Made by a program: the position numbers and the translations under genes. Positions 1 to 14,695 of a DNA stretch of 64,000 nucleotides are shown piece after piece; positions within the stretch are counted from its first letter, which is position 1, and the number at the start of each line of letters is the position of its first letter. The DNA is from Fimbriosthenelais zetlandica (Eukaryota). Location: contig OZ365109.1 in the NCBI GenBank assembly GCA_977030845.1, positions 26,040,001 to 26,104,000 of the forward strand. Reading direction: 5' to 3'. Below the pieces are notes generated by a model. It was given only the letters and a program-made list of their open reading frames with translations. It searched no databases and was not told the origin of the DNA.

Positions 1-2333
1 CACCAGAAAAGTTAATCTTTTTCCCGCAAACATGCAGGCTCAGATATCAAACCAGCACAATATTATCATCAGTGATTAGAACTCCTACGTACATCACATT
101 ATTGTGTGAAATATTTCCTGGAAATTTTTGCCCAAGCAATTGTGTCATACACTTCGAAAAATGTAATGGATACATGTTCCAAGAATATTACCTATAATTT
201 TTTAAATAATTTTCTTTCCCTGGTCTCTGGCAAGTCTACAGATAGTGAGGGAGAGTCGGGACAAGGATGGTGGAATAATGATCAGGGGGAGCATCTGATG
301 GGAATGGAAGTCACTCCTCCTGACCACTGACAAGTCCAGACGTCACCCAGCTAAATTATCACTCTAACATGAGATGTATCACCAACATCCCCAAGACAGA
401 CCAGCGGGCCTTTCTATAGATTCTCTGAATCAGGTCAAAGGCTTGACCTCCTTTATTACCATGATCCTATAACCTTATTCTTTGGCCTATAATTGTCTTG
501 GGCCAATTTTTTTTTTATGATAAAAAAAGAAACATTTTCAGCTTAAAACTGGTGGTTTCCTTTCATCGCTTCGAAAATTACTTTTCCCTTGCCCCTCGTG
601 GTCTGCCCTCATTGTTGACGACAATGATTTAGTGGGCTAAGAGCAGGCCTGGTGGGCCAATTGGGTACTAATATCACACCTCCGAGATTTGGGGGACAAT
701 GGAGGCGCTGGGGATCTAATTCCAATCACTAATAAAGAGGGGATCCATGGGGAGGGAGTGGGGGTACGGCAGGCTACGTGGGAGGGTGAATGAGGAGGGA
801 CGGGGAGATGGTGGAAGCGAGGGTCATTTAACACAGGATTTGTCTATGTAGGCCTATTATTGAAATTCTGTCCAATTTTCACCTTTTTCGTTCTCCTCCG
901 TTCTGCCATCAAACAACACTTTCTATAGCCTACTCACTAAAAAAAACACTCAATTTTCGTGCGTCTTCCCCAACATCCATACCCTCCCCTCCGCGCCCTA
1001 TCAACCCCCCACTACTTGTCTAATCATAATTTGATGATTTTCAATTACACACCACGTGGCGCCGTTGTTTAGGAGTGCCGAGCATGCGCAGTCAATATTT
1101 GCCAGATTTAATTGGAAGAAAATTGGCACTCTGAAAAGTGCACAATGCTGCTGAGCTCCAGTCGCACGATTGTTGTGCCGTAAATGCCTGTATTTTGGTT
1201 CATATTTGCTGGGCGACAATTCGCAAGTAAATAAAACGTGATTATTCATTTCTCTGCGCCCCAATTATAGCATTATATATAATTAATTTAATCAAATTAT
1301 AAAGTAGCAAAGATGGACAGCAGGACAGACACAAAATGAAACAGGGTTTTAAAAAGAAAATTACTTTGCAAATTTTCTATTACGTGTAATTAGCAGAATG
1401 ATTGTTCAAATCCATAAATCCACTTTTAAAGTGAACGGTCCGTATCATAAAGCTGTTATCAAAGTCCTCGACCTATGAAGACCTCTTACCAGCAAGAAGT
1501 GGCCATTACAAAGTAACAGATATCTTTTGAAATATAAAGTATGAAAAATCACGTTGGTTACTGGTTTGGTTACTCCAATGGAACGCCCATGTGTCAAGTC
1601 TATTTCTCAATCAATTACCCCATCAATTATCTCATCAATTAAAGCCCTAATCACGGCTGCCAGAAGCACAATTGGCTGGTATCAACCCCACTCCCCTATT
1701 GCAGTCTATAATGGCACAATAGATAAAGGGTTAGCGTTTATTTTCATTTTTTAACGCCATAAAAAGATGAGGGACTAACGGGACCATCCCTGGCAACCAG
1801 TCCACCCCTTCATCAAGCCCCCAAAGGGGGAAGGACAATGCCCTTTATATACCTTTTTTCAACAGTGGGTGCCATGTTGCACCTGGTAGTGTATCTATGG
1901 TAACCAGGTTGATTTTGTTCTATCGGTGTACTGCTCTCCCAGTGCCATTAACCGGGGCATATACTTTAAACCCTGATATATAGCCTATATTATAATATAT
2001 TCATATTGATGATAGGGTTGATAATGGTCGGTAGTTGTATATAATGGTTTCTATGACAACGAAATGAAGCAATAGCTGAAATGAGGGACATCTATTGAAA
2101 TCATATGTGTGGGATGTCATGATGGATTAATGATCCTTGGCACCTGTCACATAGCAATTAGTGACAGAATCGAAAGCAGTCATTGCGGTATTGATTCGTC
2201 AGTAGAGGCAATTGCTTCAACCTCCAACACCTCTTGAACTATTACGCCATGGCACCTTCAGGGAAAAACCTCTTCTAAGCTCAATATGATCGAAGAATCC
2301 ACTCGTGTCATTTTGATTAAAGAATTTTCTTAC

Positions 2334-5300
2334 CTGTACTCGGGATTCGACAAGGTCGAGTTTAAGTGCTAGAGCTTCCCGCATGAAGACGTCAGGGTAG
2401 TGGGAATCCTGGAAGGCTTTTTCTAGTTCCTCCAGCTGCCAACCAGTGAAATTGGTCCGCGTCCTTCGACGTTTGGCAGAGTTACCATCTTTGCCGTCGT
2501 CTTTGGAATCTTTATAAAATATAAATAGTGATAGATAATGAGAATTGATCAATAAAAGAAGGTCGTTGATACAATGTAATACAGGTGTATATCTGCAGTT
2601 TCCGTTCAGTATTAAAATGTATACTTTATTTACGATTCAAATATATTTTTTCCCTCATGAAATCGTAATTAAATTACCACGACGGTAAAATTATATTGCA
2701 CGGCTCATTTTATTTTCTTAAAGACCTGTCAAAATACCAAAGTATTCAATAATCTCGAGTTAAAGAGATAAAATGCTTTTCAGAAATCTTAATTTGTGCA
2801 AGGCTTGTCCCTATAAAAAGATATGTGTCCCGAGTGAGGTTCTTTTCTTGCGAACATGAATTCTTCATTCACATAGGAGTATACACAAAAACATAGTTTC
2901 AATTATAGAATCAATAAAAAACAATGACATCGATCCCTTTTCTAGCGAACAAATTGAATCCTTCGGTATGTCCAAATGGAAAGATACATCAAAGGTTTTC
3001 ACGGGAGTTTCCAGCGGTAATAAATGTAAATTGATTTCCTCCTCTCTAGTAAATTATGTCAGTTTACTCATTTGAACTTTAATGCTACACAACACTCCAC
3101 TGTGTACTTTGCCCATTATGTGGAAAATTCCACGGTTTAATTAAATAACAATATGTGTATGCGAGGATGAGGTTTGACAGGAACCTATTGAAATATAATC
3201 TATCATTTAATTTAGCCACGACAAGATCCTTTCAGTAGAAGCCTCCTAGTGGTGTCTATAGAGATCAAACAAATCCTTATTTACACAAGCTGACCGCTTT
3301 CAGGTGTATACTCAACTCAATCCGCCCATCAGAGTATTAATTCAATAAATCAACATCAATCATTTGAATAAATCAATGTATTTCTCATGGTGTAGAGATC
3401 AAAGGCTCGGGAGAGACCCTCCAGCTAAAGTAGTGTTGATTATAAAGTTATAGGTGATTATAGGTGCTTGATTTACTGGCATGGGCGATGAGATGACATT
3501 TACAGGTTTGTCTCTACCAAGATCCGACTATACAAGTACAGGGCAAACGATTGTGGCCATGTATTCTTCTCAATCCCCATTATATCTTCTATGGTACATA
3601 TACCTCAATTTGAATCGATTTCCCAAAGCCCGATTACATTTATGCTTTTCTCAAGGGGTATGTTAACAATCATATATATTCAACTATATATAATAATTTT
3701 GTGTAAAACTCATTGGGGAACCTCCTTTCGTGGGAAAATACATTGAAATTCCTTATTTTTCTTTGAATTACATGTACCACCCCCTCCCCCAATGTGTATT
3801 CATGTCTCGCCCAGCAGGGGAGAACAAACAGCCATTATTGAATCAATAGCTATTAGAGTTGAACGATATTATGGTGTTATTCCATTACACAAATCATTAC
3901 TAACAATAAGTACTCTATGTATGCCTGAATTAACAATCAGCCTTATTAATAACATCCAGGAAATCTTTATCAATAGAGCTGTCCGTCTCTAATAATCCAA
4001 TCTACACATAGCATTTAAATTAGGAGCCAATTATTGCTTATACCACTGTAAATTATCCCCATGAATGCATTTAACACATATTTAATATTGAACATGGTCC
4101 GTGAGGTCGCTACCTTTATTTGACCGTGGAAACATGTGTCGATTTCAGACCTACGGCAATTATTATAGCGGGAAAGATAATGAGGACGTCATGAGGTCAA
4201 ACTATAATGAGCAACTGCCTAAACTCTCTTTTAAAGGCAGTCTATAAAGGGTAGGCAGAAAAAAAGAAATATAGAAAGAATTTTAAGCCGTAATAGTTTG
4301 TAGGAGGGACACCATGCGAACGAAAATTATAGCTATTTAATTTTAAGCGATCCTATATTCGAGGGTGGCTTCCCATCTTTATAGCTTTCTATAATATGCT
4401 ATATATAGATAGACCCATTCCCAGCGTCCTTCTACGGAGCCATTAGCTGACATACACAGCACCCACGTCTGCTAGGAGATAGTGCATCTCTAATACATAA
4501 ATATTAATCTCTGTTTTCTGTATCAGGCCGGCCCATCAAACAGCTATTTATCTGGGCTGGATGTGTATAAGTAGAGGAGTGGGGGAGTGGGTAAATGGTA
4601 TGAGGAGGGGCGGCGTCTCTGTGTAAGGGTGTGGGGATTTTACATAACTCCCTTTATTGGGGCGTCCTATCTTGAATCTTGGCCGCCGATAGCAGCGACA
4701 CATTGCCCAGCCTATATAGATGATACTAACAGCTGGTACATAAGAGGAGGGAGGTATCGAGCGCTGAAAATGTATATTTAAACAATGAGGAAGGAGGCGC
4801 TGAGGTGGGGGGCACACTGCAAACCATGCATCGGCAAAACGAAAAATATACCATGTAAAAGCGTGGGTAAAATATGAATAGGGCCTATGGGGATTTAGGC
4901 TTTAATGGAAGCCTATTTCAATATAGGCTATTTATCCGTCTAAAGTTATGGATTTGTAGTAGGCCTAATTGTAGGAATTAAAAAAATGGAATTTCTCCCA
5001 ACAAAAATCAGCATTGTACATGGTAAAAGGGAAGCAGTTGTGGGTGTCGGTGTGAGTGTGCTGTCACATTATGATCATTACCAGTAGCACCATCAAGGCC
5101 ATGTCATATCAGCGGTCAATCTGTAAATATTGATAGAGAGGCGGGGGCAGCAAGCATAAAAGCATGCTGTTAGTGGTCTGTCATGAGCAGTAGAACAAAT
5201 AGCGAGGGGATGTGCATGGGAGGGAATTTCCTAGAGTATTTCCTCACCTCCCAAAAAAATATGAGATAGGCCTATTCTTGCCGGTGCAACTTGGTGAAAA

Positions 5301-8300
5301 CTTCACCCTGTCTACCCGTCTGTCTCCCTGTCTAACCCGCAATCCTCTCCAAAACAGAGCATATGGCACAAGATAATATAACCCATGTCCCCAATGACGA
5401 CCGCCTTGACCACAAGCTTGCTTTACATTATTATTCAATTTTGGGATGAATTAATTTGTCCACTGGCAGAAGTCATCCAAATGACCCATCCTCTCCCAAT
5501 GGAACCCCAATCCTCACCACCACAGATTGATCCTCCTGGGGAGACCACTATAGGAAGCCTCCAGGAGTTATTATTGGCTTCGTCTGGCCGTCCTTCACAG
5601 GGCAGCCTCTCTATACAGGGTCGCGACAGTAACAGATGTGCCAATGGTTTTCCTATGGCCGCCTTGGGAGTTACTTTTCACGGGAGTAGGACGGCCCAGT
5701 GCAAGTCAAGCTGGCCGCGTGTCTGCCTCCCGAGTGCCGCCCCGTCATCGTCCTCCGGTCGGACTCACGGACGGAGGTGATTAACGGGGGAGGGACGTGA
5801 GTGCAGACGGGTGTACTCGGCGGATCATCCTCACCCGCCTGCCAACCACCCCTGGGATAACTGATAATCTTAATAGGAAATTGATTCATGTGATTCATAA
5901 CGAAATGGCAAACGTCCCATAGAACTTTTGTCATCAATTGCTTATTTAGCCTATACGGATTTTCAATTAATCTTTAGATTCGACAATTGAATATTTCTAT
6001 AACTTCAAATAATTATATAGGCTAGCATCTGTCTGATCTGACCTAATTGTATGGTCTATACTGAGAAGCAAACCATGTCTAAATATGAAAATATGAAAAA
6101 CTTTATGTAGGCCTATGCTATGTCTAAATTTAAATAATAAGGGATTACAATACCGAAATAATCTACCCAATCTGTGCCCTTTAAAATGCCTACACATGTA
6201 TACGACAGGCTCTGAATATTTAGCGTTTCTTAGGACGAACCTAAATAGTAAATTACGAAGCATTATATTAGATCGAGAGGCGAAAAAAATTCGCACATTC
6301 AGAAAAAGATCGGAAGAAAGGTTGCCGTAGCAGGAATTAGTCTGTGTATGCACGGGGGAGACCATCTTTAACAAGTCCATCATGAGTATGTAGCCTCCTA
6401 TGTTGTATGAGGAGATATCACTTTCACACTCTATCTAATCCTTCTTGTCTCACAGATATCTCTGATGTAATCCATTTATGGGAGATAGATGTGTGATCCC
6501 CAGACGTATTAAATCCGTCTCGAGAGGCATAGGTCTCCAAATGCAATAACTCACAGGGCTTTTCTGAATCCCTACATCTTAAATAGGCCTACAGCATACA
6601 CGGATCCTTTCTATTTTAATAATTATAATACATTTTTGGAGCTTAAAACACACTTTTAAAATACTGAAGTAAAGGATTTGCTATGTAAATTTCAATAATA
6701 ATTTCTATAAAAAAAAAATTCATTAATTAATTTGTGCAAAGATTTTTATAGAAATATAACTCGCAATATATAAATGCTCATAGTTATATAAAGGGTACAA
6801 GGGGGTTAACGCATAGTGTATATATAATAGAGAGAAGGTTGTGATTGGAGTCTGCAGTGTAACCATGACAATCCTTGTCGAGTACGGCCTGATAAAGACG
6901 CCTGATCCAGGCCCTCTCTGGATCCGTCAACACCGTGTATGGGGACGCGGAGGAGACGCGGCCTCCAATCAGTCTATATATAGGGACACTATACTATACC
7001 ATATCCACTCTAACATATGGTTGTCCTTCGATAGGGATCAGAGTATTTTGATCTAAAACCAATCCAACAATGCTATATAAAGGTGTGTGGGTAATTACAC
7101 GTGTTTAAATACGGTGATTCACTGTAATTGGACAGAAATTGTGAAAAACACAGTACCAACAATCAGCACGCATGCTGAGCCAAGACCTAGCTGAAGGGGC
7201 AGCGATAATGGTAATGTAAATAATTGCTTATTCATTACTAATGAATAAGGGGTGAGAGAAGGGAGTGTGAGCTTCATGGGGTGTGATTCATAAAGCTAAT
7301 AACCAATCAGATAGGCCGTGGGTAATTAGGGTTATTGACATGTGCATGATGTGTAGTGGTTGGGAGGTGGTGGGGGACATGACCATCAGCAGGCAATCTC
7401 GACATGACTGCTCTCTCAATGAGAGCATGGACCTGATTCACATTATGCCTATAGAACGCAGCTTCCATCATATAGTCCATGCCTTATTCATAATCTGTGA
7501 TAATTCACGACTTTAATCATATAGCTTACTCGATATTTCATGTTGCTTCTACCATGCACGCATTAGAAAAAGACTGGTGCAAAGAAATGTTTCCTATATA
7601 TTTCCAAAAAATGTTCCGTTTCTTCATAATGATTTCAACATGCAATATTTCATACATAGGATAATTATTCTTTGCTAAAGAATTTTATTAGGCCTCAAAA
7701 TCCCTCAAAATATGCCCCTTAAAATTATAATTCTATATTGTAAAAGCCCTATATGTAAAATACGTTTCCTCGTTTTGACTATACCAAAGGTTCATCAGAG
7801 CCAAAAGCAGACTGCCAAAAATATTTTTATGGCACAAATCGTAGTGGTATTCACCAATGTTTTCGCCTTCAGCAGGGAGTCAAGACGCAGAGGAAAATCT
7901 ATAAAACTTAGAATTGAAATCCTAATAAAACAATCACTTTAGCATATGTAATAGGAAGGTTCCCGGTTGTGTACACTCTGGGAAGCCGGTCATTACCGCA
8001 CTTACAATAAGAGACGCCCAGCCTAAAAGGACCCGTTTGCATACTTGCCTATCAGAGGGTCTTTTGGTCTATCCCAAATTGCTTTACAATACACCAATAA
8101 AGTAATAGTCAGGTTTGAAACAAAGCCAGACAAGATCAGCTATGGAGAGGAGGGTATTTAAAGCATTTGAACTATCCCCCGGCAGTGTCAGTATTTTACA
8201 CCCAGTCATATAGTGAGTGTGGCAATGTCATTAACTATGCAAGGGCCCAATGTAATGTCCAGCCGACCGGACCTAATGTAAACTAGATGGGGGGTTGGCA

Positions 8301-10503
8301 CTGGACCCTCCCAGATACAGCCCAGTATTATTGCCCGATTATGATAATCACAGAGTCGAGGGCCTTTGATATAGACCCCGGGTAAGTGTTGAAGGAAAGG
8401 GCAATGCATCTCTCTGTGTATATGCTTAGTGTAAAAGGGCAATTTGTTATACAAATACATGTAAATATATAGATGTGCATATAACGCTTATATTCCTGTC
8501 CTTAGCAAGCCTGGTTATATAATGAATTGGACCCCAAGAATTCAAATTCCTGTTTGATGTGTGTACTATGGTTTCACTTATGCAGGAATGCATAATCCAA
8601 TATCGATATATTACATAGCGCACAGAAACTGATTTTCCTCAGATGATAACAATTTAAGGGAATATAAAGTAAAGGAAAATTAGGATAGTTCTCTGTGTTG
8701 CAAGCGGAAGTGCGAGAATTACCATTTATAGACCAAGTGATAAAAATTTAAATTTTCTCAAAATAAACACTAAAAATACAGCCATTCATTTTTAGACAAA
8801 ATGACAAGTACATTTTGTCGTATGTGAACCAACAGTGGCTACTAGATTCCCGCCTCGTTCATAGATGGAGGCCCGGAGCTAATATTGACACCTGTTAGCT
8901 GTTTGTTTGCATCCTACACTCTGCACTTTAATGTATACAAAGATCAAGGAGCAGAGACAAGTGGGAGAGAGTTGGCTTGAAAAGTGCCATCTAGGGAGGA
9001 GGCCCGGATCTCCCTGCCCACAATGACGGCGCCTGCCTGCCCCATCCCCGGCTGACACAGCCACACACACGGCCTCCTTCTCTCCAAACCATTATCTATC
9101 CCTTCACGTCATTCTTGTCATTTTTCTTTCGCCAAAACAATGGTTTGTTGGTGATTGCACTAGCTCGTTGAAAACACTTGTCTTCACACTTGACTTGTCT
9201 TGATTCCTATTGAAGTGATCAGTGTTGAAACAAAGGACCTAATTCAAATCAATTCTTAAGCTATTTTAGCCTATTATAAATGTAAACTTACACATATAAT
9301 TTTGCCTAAACTTGCGTTCGAACTGTATATTTGATAAATAATGCCTTTTACCCATCACTCCAATGCCAAAGGTAACACGATCTGACTAAATATACCCCAT
9401 TGTCCATGCCATAATATTGAACGATGGTTGATAAAACCAAACACAGAAGTTGTTGATACACACACTCCAGACTCCATTATCCTACATGGTATCAGTGGCT
9501 CGAGTGTGTGAGAGGCAAAGAAAGCTAATTTTCCTATATTCTCCCATTCACAGTTAAGGCACACTCTATAAGCAGAGAACATGTCACCAGCTATAATTGC
9601 CATGAGGAAAAACATGACAAGAGATAGCCCTCTCCTCAATGGTCGATCAGTTTACAAGGCACTTTGCTCTGGTTCACATTAAGGTCCACAATATTTGTCT
9701 TTGAACACTGGAATGTGCACTCTGTGGCCTATGTAACTCATATTCCCGCTCTATGGCTCGTGATTATTATTTGCGAGAAGAAAGAAATAATATAAAAAAG
9801 ATAGAGGATGAGGTAATGTCAAGTGCTGTGCCTGAGAAAAGTGTTGTTACACATTTTAACCATAATGTTTAGTACTTACCCGCCTGTTTGATTGGCAAAT
9901 ACCACTTTTCTCACCGTCATTAATTGGCAATGGATGGAAAATATTGGATATTCGATTTCAAGACGGATGTAATTTTTCCACAAGGATAAAATCCCCCAGC
10001 TAATTAATCGGATACCTTCAACGTCACATAATATTAAGGCAAATTTATAAAATTCAGTAAAATTAATGACATACATGTTTACAACCCTTGAGACAATTCA
10101 GTGATGAATTGAATCAAGTCCAAACACTTCTGCTAAAATTAATAATAAATAAATTGACCAAATATAAAGACTCACCTGAGGCTTTTTGACCGTTGGAAGA
10201 TCCACTGTGAGAGTTAGGAGTGTGAGACTGAGAGGTGGTGAGAAGACCATCTATAGTAAAGGCCATGGTCCCTATCGTCCCTCCAGCCACCCCAGGCTGG
10301 GACGAGGTCATGGTGGTATGTACCCCCATGTTATACTCCGGGGAAAAGCTGGAGGCGGCCGCCGCAGCTGCTGCAAATCCATTCGGTATGCCAGACAAAC
10401 CGGAGAAATGTCCCGTGTAAGGATTAAAGCCAGCAGGTATCAAAGGTCCCAGACCGGGGTGACCGGATCCTGGTCCAAACCCCGATTCTAGCATCCTATC
10501 CAT
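2334..10503 (-). CDS. UNCX: Uncx/unc-4 paired-like (PRD class) homeobox transcription factor, 3' partial (exon 1: 10503-10176, alternative upstream ATG at 10557; exon 2: 2509-2334; later exons outside the window)
   Basis: Exon 2 encodes [47 protein letters not shown], nearly identical to the Uncx/UNC-4 homeodomain as I recall it. It ends CAG|GTAAGA at the typical PRD-class intron between Q46 and V47. Exon 1 ends TCA G|GTGAGT (phase 1) and joins the acceptor ttttataaag|AT in frame (..KAS-D-SKDDGK..). Exon 1 carries an eh1/octapeptide-like motif FTIDGLL and a poly-Ala run. I found no WFQNRR exon in 1-2333. Confidence 0.93.
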
Positions 10504-13500
10504 GGTGGAGGGGCTCCTCCTGGCACTGTGTGGGTTGGGGTTACAGTAAGATAACATGATGTACTATGTGTGTGATAATGTAGTTCTAGAGAAGGTCTCT
10601 GAAGTAGTATAGGGCTTCCTTAGCATTAGTAAAGTAATTGTCCAAGTGGTCAGTGTCGGCCTGATGCCAGTCCACCACACTTTCAAATACTACTAATTCT
10701 TGTCCTCCTGTGGGAGTGTGTGGGGTGCGGCTACTGATGTGCCTTGGTCAGCGTTTTGTTTTGGAATGACCACCACGTCGTGTACCCCCTCAGTTTTCTA
10801 CTACTCCTCCTCCCCTGGTCGCTGTTCTATCCGCTATGGTAACGCCGCGATCGGCGGGTGAGTGAACTATACAAAGCGGCCTGAAGAACCTCTCCATTAT
10901 AACTACTCCCCCTCCCATGGCGCGCATTGTAGTCTGGGTAATCGGAGTGGAGCCAATCAGCAACAAGAAGAGAAGATTAAGACCTCCCTGGGAGGGCCTG
11001 TCGATTCACGCCTTTTTATGGCCGGTTTGCTTATCTATGGAGGACTATAGGGACGAGTCCCGCGATGGTTTTGGATGATCGTATGGAGCTGAGAAGGGGG
11101 GCACTTGACAAAGTAATTCTATATGTCTTGTGGTTCAAACTTGTCAAATATAAAACATTCACAGGATGTTCTCGGTTCAGAGAATTATAAATAAAAGAAG
11201 GAAACAATCTCAGATTTTTTTTCTTTTATCTGAAATTCAAAATAATCAGTGGCATACCGACGTTTGGAAATTGTATTGTAATTAATCTTTCGGCAATTTT
11301 TTATAGTAGCCTACACTTTAATAAATGTTTCGGCTTGTAGGCCTACTTAATAAGCCAATCCACTTTCAATATTTATTTTCCCAAGAATATCTCCATAATT
11401 TTACAGCGGTGTATCCAGAAGGTGAATGATTTAATTTGCATGCGTAACTATTACCACATATTCACATTTGCATGCAACCATATTCCCATAAATTTACATA
11501 ACCTTGAAAGTGGTCGCAGGTATATGATAATATGTAAGTGTCGGTCTCTATTTGATATGGTCAGAAATATTATTCCATTTAAAGTTTACAGTTTTATGAG
11601 TTAAGTGCCCCCGCCTTTGTATCTCCTACCCTATTCACATTCTATACAGCGTCGCATGATGACTGCTGTTCATATAGTGGATTGATGAATGTGACGGTAA
11701 TTGTTGGTTGGCGGCCAGCGGAGCCCAAAACGCCCGCGGCCATGGCCACAATACTTAATAGATTTCATACATATTAATTCTTCCCGGGTTAGAGTTTTCC
11801 AAAGTTAACCATCCATTATAAAAACAAGGCCTGTAAGCAGACGACGACCGACGTAATAGCTTGTGGGTGAGATCGCTCGCAGGAAAATTGGCGCGCTTTT
11901 GTTTGCGATCCCAAATGTCGTCCGCTTGGATTGTCACCTCTGCGTTACGGCTCTTTGGCTTGTCACCTTTACGTTACAGCTGCGTGATTTGTGTGGAAAA
12001 AGCTATAAGACATTGCGCAATACAAGAGAAGAAATGTCGCACGTTTGTTGGCAGGACTTTAATTGAAATTCATCACGGAATAATTAGAAAGGTAGTTGAT
12101 GTTTTCTTTCAGTGATTGATGCTGCAATTATTTGACTTTTGGTGCCATTATATATTGCACAGTAGGGGCACGGTTATTTGATTTCAATTTCGAATAAATC
12201 CTCCAAGATTAAACTCGCATAGGGATAACAAGTTTTCTACAGTACTGGAATGTTGATTAATTACAGACATTACTCACGCACAATTTATTTCACATGGTTA
12301 CTTTTGGAACTGAAACTGTAATTCGCCGAGTTATGGCCTCTCGTTTTTCTTGGCCAGTTTCAATGTAAAACAAGACTGAAGCCATTTCACTCCAACTTTA
12401 TGACTGATCTACTCTTGTTTAATTACTGCATGAATTTCTTTTCTCGGGATGTGTGAATTCAATAGTTTTGTTGCCCCACATTGCTTAGACTTAAACTTAA
12501 TGTGGCTGTTACATGTCCTCCGATCTAACTCAAATCCAGTTAAATATTCATAATATCAGTGTAGTCGATAATGATTCTACTTGCGTTCTTCTTCGGCTAG
12601 GTTGAAATAAGAAAATCAATTAATCATGTCTGTGAGACCTTTTTGTCCTTTAATTAATGCCGGGCACATTCTTCAAGTGCTGTATTCAGGGCTGGACCGA
12701 CCTCTATATGTATTGACAGTATTTTTTCATTGAGTGGTCAGTGTGTGACCCTTTAAATGACCCATACTGCGAGGGTCAGTGCGACCACTGAGAGATGCCA
12801 CTCCTCTTGGTACTGCTGGGGACCAGTGGTCACTAACCATTCAACGGGTGGTCAAGGAGTTACCAAGTGGTATGGTTCTTGCAACCATGCAGTCAAGTGG
12901 TGAATGACTTTGTATAGGGGGACGGTAATTGATGAAATCCAATGTACAGTAAGGCCTAGAACCCAACAGGTATCTTTTTCCCTTGATGTAACAAATAACA
13001 TAGTAATCTCATGCGTTAGACATTGCCGAGATAACTTCATAAGCATGCATGTATGTTATTAGGTGGATTCTCAAATTCATGACTAAACAGTTGTTTCAAA
13101 TTGTTATATGCTGTTTCAATATTCAGTTTTTTCTTTGATCTTGGTCAGCTCAGGAGGGGGTCTAGATGATATATATACCAGCCCCATCCATCCAAAACAC
13201 ACCCCTTCTTCGCCATCCTTCCCCACAGTTGATCGATTGGAGAGTTTCTAATTGAATCGCGTCCACTCAACCAGGCAGAGGGAACCTAACAATTAGTAAG
13301 TATGGAAAGGAATCTAGTGCCTTAATATAAACTAATGCCTTAGTTTGGTGGGGGCTGAGGGCGGGGTTCTTTACCCCCTGGATGGTGCCTATCGCCGGGG
13401 GTGTATAGCCTATGCAGATCAGAAGGAGCATAGATTTATTTGCGTCCATATCAAGAGTCTGGTGCATAGGGACGCTTCATGGTCATCAATGAGAGGGGGG

Positions 13501-14695
13501 AGATTGGTAGGACGGATGGGATGCTTTGTGGAGGGGGAGAAGGGGATAGATTAGTAGACTAAACACCCGCCGGCCAATAATTGCAAATTGAAACGCCAGA
13601 TCACTCGCGCCGATAACCGGAAATGGATAGTGAGCGCCAACAGAGAACGCGAATGCGCCATCAGGCGGGATGATGCTCACGGAGTAATCGAATTGGGTCC
13701 CGGACGGGGCAGCCTCGCCGATGACACTGGCGATAGCGCGATGTGCGCGACTATTTATCTCTCACTAAATATCGCCGGCCAGATTAAAAGTCAAACAAAG
13801 CGGCCATCACTGCGTGTCGCTGCTTCCCTGTCCCGCTACCAGGCGTCTCTAGCGTTTGATGGATGTGACCGCCATTTTTGGGCACCGAACGTCGCTGGTA
13901 AATGTCGTCTGGGCGATTTATGACGTAGCTACTAGGGCGGAAGCCTTTTGACTTTTGTGCCTCCTAACCGCCTTGTTTGAAAGATGTCCCTTCATTTCTA
14001 TTTGCTGTCACAAAACACGGACTTTTCTGTTAAAGATCTATAGCTACTTAAGAGCAATTTATCATCCTTTGAAATACAAGTGGAAGCACGGAGGCAATAA
14101 CTCCGAGTTATTTTATTGATTTGTACTGTGATATAAAATTAAAGTGATCGGGGAGGCCTCCATTTTCAAATCATTCTTTTACTTGGATGAAACGTACCAT
14201 GGAAACTTCACACCTTGGCCAACTTAATATAAATGGATAAACTAATCGGGGGAGGTGTTTGGTTTTGATTGTGGTTAGTCAAGGACTTATCGGGATTTTG
14301 TTACTGGTGTCGGCCATGTTTGCTCAGGGTGTGTTTCCCATGTCAGACCACTGGCTGTGGCATAAGCAGCGCGCGCAGTCTATTAGTTGAACTATTAGAT
14401 CAATTATAGTTTGTAGACTGAGTAAACTAGCTCCGAAACAGGTCAAGTAGCCGGCGAGGGAGGCAGATGTCACTCTCTCCACCCCCACTCACCAAAACAC
14501 CCCCCACAAAACCCTCAGTCAGAACATTACAATGACCGATCGCCCCCCATATGGTCTATCAAGGTCCAGCCCATTGCTGCTCCACTATTAATTACAGAGA
14601 GCCGCTCAAAAAATGGCTAGTCGTCACCAAATGATGAAAAGACCGCTGTGATCATGACATGATCCAAAAAGGCGCCCGCCATGCCATCTGCACGG

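Noticed and set aside
1-2333. Third Uncx exon (VWFQNRRAKW)
   Set aside because: I found no matching codons on the minus strand; it is presumed to lie left of the window. The short ORFs at 637-834 and 1001-1264 are not homeobox sequence.
1289-2676. Paired-type P3 palindromes TAATNNNATTA at 1289-1299 and 2666-2676 as Uncx autoregulatory sites
   Set aside because: Several such sites are expected by chance in 64 kb of AT-rich DNA.
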